From: Bigelowiella natans CCMP2755
Taxonomy: Eukaryota > Protista > Cercozoa
NCBI GenBank assembly: GCA_000320545.1
Contig: ADNK01000344.1
Coordinates: 1 to 64,000 of the forward strand
DNA: 64,000 bases
Direction of reading: 5' to 3'
In this document: positions 60,203 to 64,000 of the stretch, piece by piece
How positions within the stretch are numbered: position 1 is the stretch's first letter
Layout: each line of letters starts with the position of its first letter
Position numbers and translations under genes: made by a program
The notes under the pieces: generated by a model
Told to the model about the DNA's origin: nothing
Database searches by the model: none
What the model saw: the letters and a program-made list of their open reading frames with translations, nothing else

Positions 60203-62919
60203 GCAGAACAATGATCATAAAATAGGTTTCTACGCATTTATAGTATTAATAGTATAATGACTTACGCATTTATAGTATTATTAGTATAATGACTTGAGAG
60301 TCTCTATGTCATACGCATTTATAGTATTAATAGTATAATGACTTGAGAGTCTCTATGTCATATATAGGCCCCCAGTCTGCTTTCTTTGCGAGAAGATCCG
60401 CCAAATCCTGATGATTAAAGCAAAAATACTAATGAATCAAACAATGCACGAATCGGTGCAAAAATGATGGATATTCTAATAGATGATGACGGATAAGAAT
60501 CATTTGTTGAAGAGAGAGTGGATAAAGTCATACTTGCCATCCACTAGCTATAGACTTTATTTAAAAAGTTATTGATCTTTCTCTGTAGCGAACAGCTATC
60601 GTGTGCTTGCTACTATGTACGACACACTTAATCGGCAATTTTTCGTTTAAGTTATTTTCCATACGAGATACTTTGCCTTTTATTTAAAGCTATCAATGAT
60701 TTATCTTTTATCAGTCTTTTTTGCATTCAATCATTTCGTGACGATAACAAGTCATCACATAATCTTTATTTTAACAGGGAGATAAAAACAAATGTATCTT
60801 CCAAAATATTCCGTCTTATTGGCATCGTCATTTAAGATGAGAAAGATTTGATGTCGTCTATTCGTACACATCACCATTGTGCTTCTACTACTACTACTAC
60901 TACCTTCACAAGAGAGAGAGTTGGATAATCCTCAGACATCCACGGATATACCTAAGAAGAAGTGGTAACGATGATGCACTTTCTCTCTTATCGTAGCATT
61001 TTTATTTTTGATGTTGAGAATGTACGCTGCAAGGATTGGTGGCGAGAAGGTGTGTATTGAACTGAATGAAAAAATTTTAGGGTGCTAGTGATTTACTAAA
61101 TAAATGGTGCAGAATGGACTGTTTATCCATTTATGTATCATAGGATGATAAATGAATGATCACGATCATGAGTGTTTATCCAATTGTGTCTCATAGGATG
61201 ATAAATGAATGATCACGATCATGAGTGTTTATCCATTTATGTATCATAGGATGATAAATGAATGATCACGATCATGAGTGTTTATCCAATTGTGTCTCAT
61301 AGGATGATAAATGAATGATCACGATCATGAGTGTTTATCCATTTATGTATCATAGGATGATAAATGAATGATCACGATCATGAGTGTTTATCCAATTGTG
61401 TATCATAGGATGATAAATGAATGATCACGATCATGAGTGTTTATCCATTTATGTATCATAGGATGATAAATGAATGATCACGATCATGAGTGTTTATCCA
61501 ATTGTGTATCATAGGATGATAAATGAATGATCACGATCATGAGGCAACCATTTCGCCTGTGAAGTATACTGCTTTACTATCATCCAAATCCTTAAGACTT
61601 TGCTCGTAATTAAATTCACTTTCTGGGTCATTTTGTATAATTTCGGCAAGGATTCGTTCGGCAGACCAATTCCCTATCGAATATTTCAGTGTGCAATATT
61701 ATCGCTATTATCATTCTCACTTTAGTATTTAATACCAGCATTGTGTATGTATGATGATAACGAAATGGTAGTAGTGCAGTTTGCTTTTGCACTTATGTAG
61801 ATAGGCACCAGGCTCTCCCAAATCCAGAGATGATGATGATAGTAGCGCACCCTCTACTGGATTCTTAACTGCTGCTTTGGCATCTTCATAAGAAAGAGAA
61901 CCTTCACGTGTGGGTGTCGTCGTATCAGAAGTAGTATTAGTACTAGTAATTTGTGATCTGTCATCTCATGCTAAATTAATCTGACCATAACTTGGATGGG
62001 AAAGAATCAAGTTTCCCTCTCTTTCTCTCTCACTCTCTCTCTCTATCTCCAACCCAACAGGTATTATCATTCCCCAGCACTAGCTCTACGGCATCATCAG
62101 ATTTCACAATTAACGTAACGCTACAAGTATATTACTACACCTCCATCCACATATATCGGTTCATGTAGAAGATAGTAAATTGGATTTGTATCGAAGCTTT
62201 GGAAACTTTCAACTCCACGCAAGAATCTTACGGAGAAAAAGAAGAAGAAGAAGAAGAAGAAGAAAAAGAAGAATGCGGGAGGAGTAAAAGCTCAGTGCGA
62301 AAATATTGTATCGTTGAATTTAACGACAAGCTTGACGGGTTTGTTAGGAAGTAATTAATAGTAAGCCATCGATAATGAATTTATTTTCTATGGAGATGAT
62401 AGCAGATTTATGATGATAAGTATAATGATTACGATGATATCTATTACGAGCAATGATAAAAAATAATACGCCACAGTGTCTTGCTTTGCTTATTATTGTC
62501 TCTTTCCCCTCCCCTTCCTCCTCCTTCTCCTTCGCTAATATGCAACGTTGTACACTAAGTAAATACCCATAAGTCAAAGTTCCATCTGGGTTGAAAGCTC
62601 CTTCCTACACGATGACAGTGATGATGATGATGGTAATAATCACGATAATGATGATGATGTGATGATAGATATTACTCACTGTCATTAATGATAATCATGA
62701 ATAATGATCATCATTACCATCGTCTTCATCATCATCATCATCATCATCGTCGTCGTCATCGTCATATTTTAAGTGATAAAACCAATAGATAGTGAAGGGC
62801 CTCCATTCCTGTGAGACTTCCCAGAGCCAACCCAAGCTGCAAAAACCTGATATTTATACAACGAGGGAAAACATTATTGCAAGGATACTAACAAGCTATT
62901 TTACGAAGTTACATATCTC

Positions 62920-62973
<54 letters not shown>

Positions 62974-63297
62974 CATACATACATAATTAATCGAGGAGGA
63001 GGAGGAGGAGGAGGAGGAGGAGGAGGCATCATATGTAGAGAAAGAAAGAACTGGCCAAAGAGAGAAAAGTGTCAATAACTAACCTTCTAGGCGTGAGCTT
63101 TCCTCCCGTCGGCATTTCTACAGGTGATCCTGTTTTCGATCTCATGCTTGAAAGAGAGAGAAAGAGAATAGGATGGTGGCCAACAATGTGGCAAGCAGCC
63201 AACAAACAGCAAATAAAATTTTCAATGAAAATAAAAATGTAGTGAATGATCATTGTGGAAATAATTTCGCCATGCACACATCTAGCGCGCGCGCGAG

Positions 63298-63371
<74 letters not shown>

Positions 63372-64000
63372 CAAAGTTAACGTTTCATACATGGATATCA
63401 CTACCTCAAGTATGCGATGATTTGTTTTACCCTAGCAATATCTTGTGGATAACTACAATGTAGTTTATTAGAAGGAGAGCAACAGATAGTACAATACATA
63501 GTAACATTTAGACGAGGTGAACCCAGACAAATGTGTCAATGCAGTTGAAATGAAGAAAAGAAAGAGGTGCAGTTGAAATGAAGAAAAGAAAGAGGTTGGA
63601 AAAAAAGTAAACATGGGATTGGCTCTATGTTATTTTCACACCGTGTACCGCTGTCATTGTTCATCTCACCATATTTACATGGCATTCTATCCATTTAAAA
63701 TACCGTTTGTAATAACGGCGATTCCTCTCTTGCACACGCTTATATGTTGCCCTGAACAAATACATACACTCATGAATCTCTCTCTCTTTCTCTCTCGCTC
63801 TCTCCTTCTCTCTCTCTCTATTTCCCTCGGTTGCTTTTTAAATTTAAGTGATCAGTTTCAAAATAGGTTTTATTGTAACTACCGATATACGTCGTCGACA
63901 TGCGTCCCTACTGGTGCTAATCCCACAGTGAATAAAGCCTTGTCTACGCAGCAGTGAAAGCAGGCGGCAGTAGCAGCATTATGGGTTAGTAAATCCATCA
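59264..64000 (-). CDS. Proline iminopeptidase (peptidase S33, alpha/beta hydrolase), 3' portion; 5' end lies beyond the window
   Basis: Exons read ALFTVGLAP, MPTGGKLTPRR|FLQLGLALG...ALHYLL, SFDTNPIYYLLHEPIY, VYFTGEM|VYPWM, LLAKKADWGPIYD, AALVSYE|DIYVER, IWVTNEYQHSGLRDDG|YNVLDKLL...VPS*. Confidence 0.88.
61120..61543. repeat. Intronic minisatellite, 8 x 53 bp, alternating two variants (106-bp higher-order dimer)
   Basis: tgtttatcca(tttatgtatc/attgtgtmtc)ataggatgataaatgaatgatcacgatcatgag repeated eight times just inside the donor after FTGEM. Confidence 0.95.

Larger units (their letters stand above)
2000..64000. repeat. Pervasive intronic/UTR microsatellites: (TAC)n/(GTA)n, (GAT)n, (TA)n, (GA)n, (CA)n, (GGA)n, (AGA)n
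   Basis: Directly visible in most introns of the host genes; they generate the many homopolymer-peptide ORFs in the track. Confidence 0.97.

Noticed and set aside
61120-61543. CRISPR-like regular repeat (also 39878-40120 and 278-439)
   Set aside because: Head-to-tail units without unique spacers, eukaryotic context and no cas genes.

Overview
This window is the left end of a chromosome from an intron-rich unicellular eukaryote. It starts with a (CCCTAA)n telomere, has mostly GT-AG introns filled with microsatellites, and the taxon cannot be determined from sequence alone. Spliced genes reconstructed by hand from exon motifs are: a SET/Rubisco-LSMT-type lysine methyltransferase (-), a YbaK/ProX-like tRNA-editing protein (+), a GT60 alpha-GlcNAc transferase (-), a KamA-family radical-SAM lysine 2,3-aminomutase-like enzyme (+), a probable mitochondrial membrane protein (-), a PPEF/RdgC-type Ser/Thr phosphatase (-), a DNL zinc finger (Zim17/Hep1-like, +), an unknown gene (-) and the 3' part of a proline iminopeptidase (-). 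A young 5.7-kb Ty3/Gypsy LTR retrotransposon lies at 51824-57538. Two observations stand out. First, six intergenic blocks have lost most or nearly all TpA dinucleotides, apparently by TA->TG/CA conversion that spares CTAG, while genes and their introns are very TA-rich. This looks like an A:T->G:C hypermutation process running opposite to fungal RIP. Second, the retrotransposon inserted into one such block carries a degenerate Dam-like N6-adenine methyltransferase-like domain fused to its integrase C-terminus. Gene boundaries are approximate, and all counts were made by eye.
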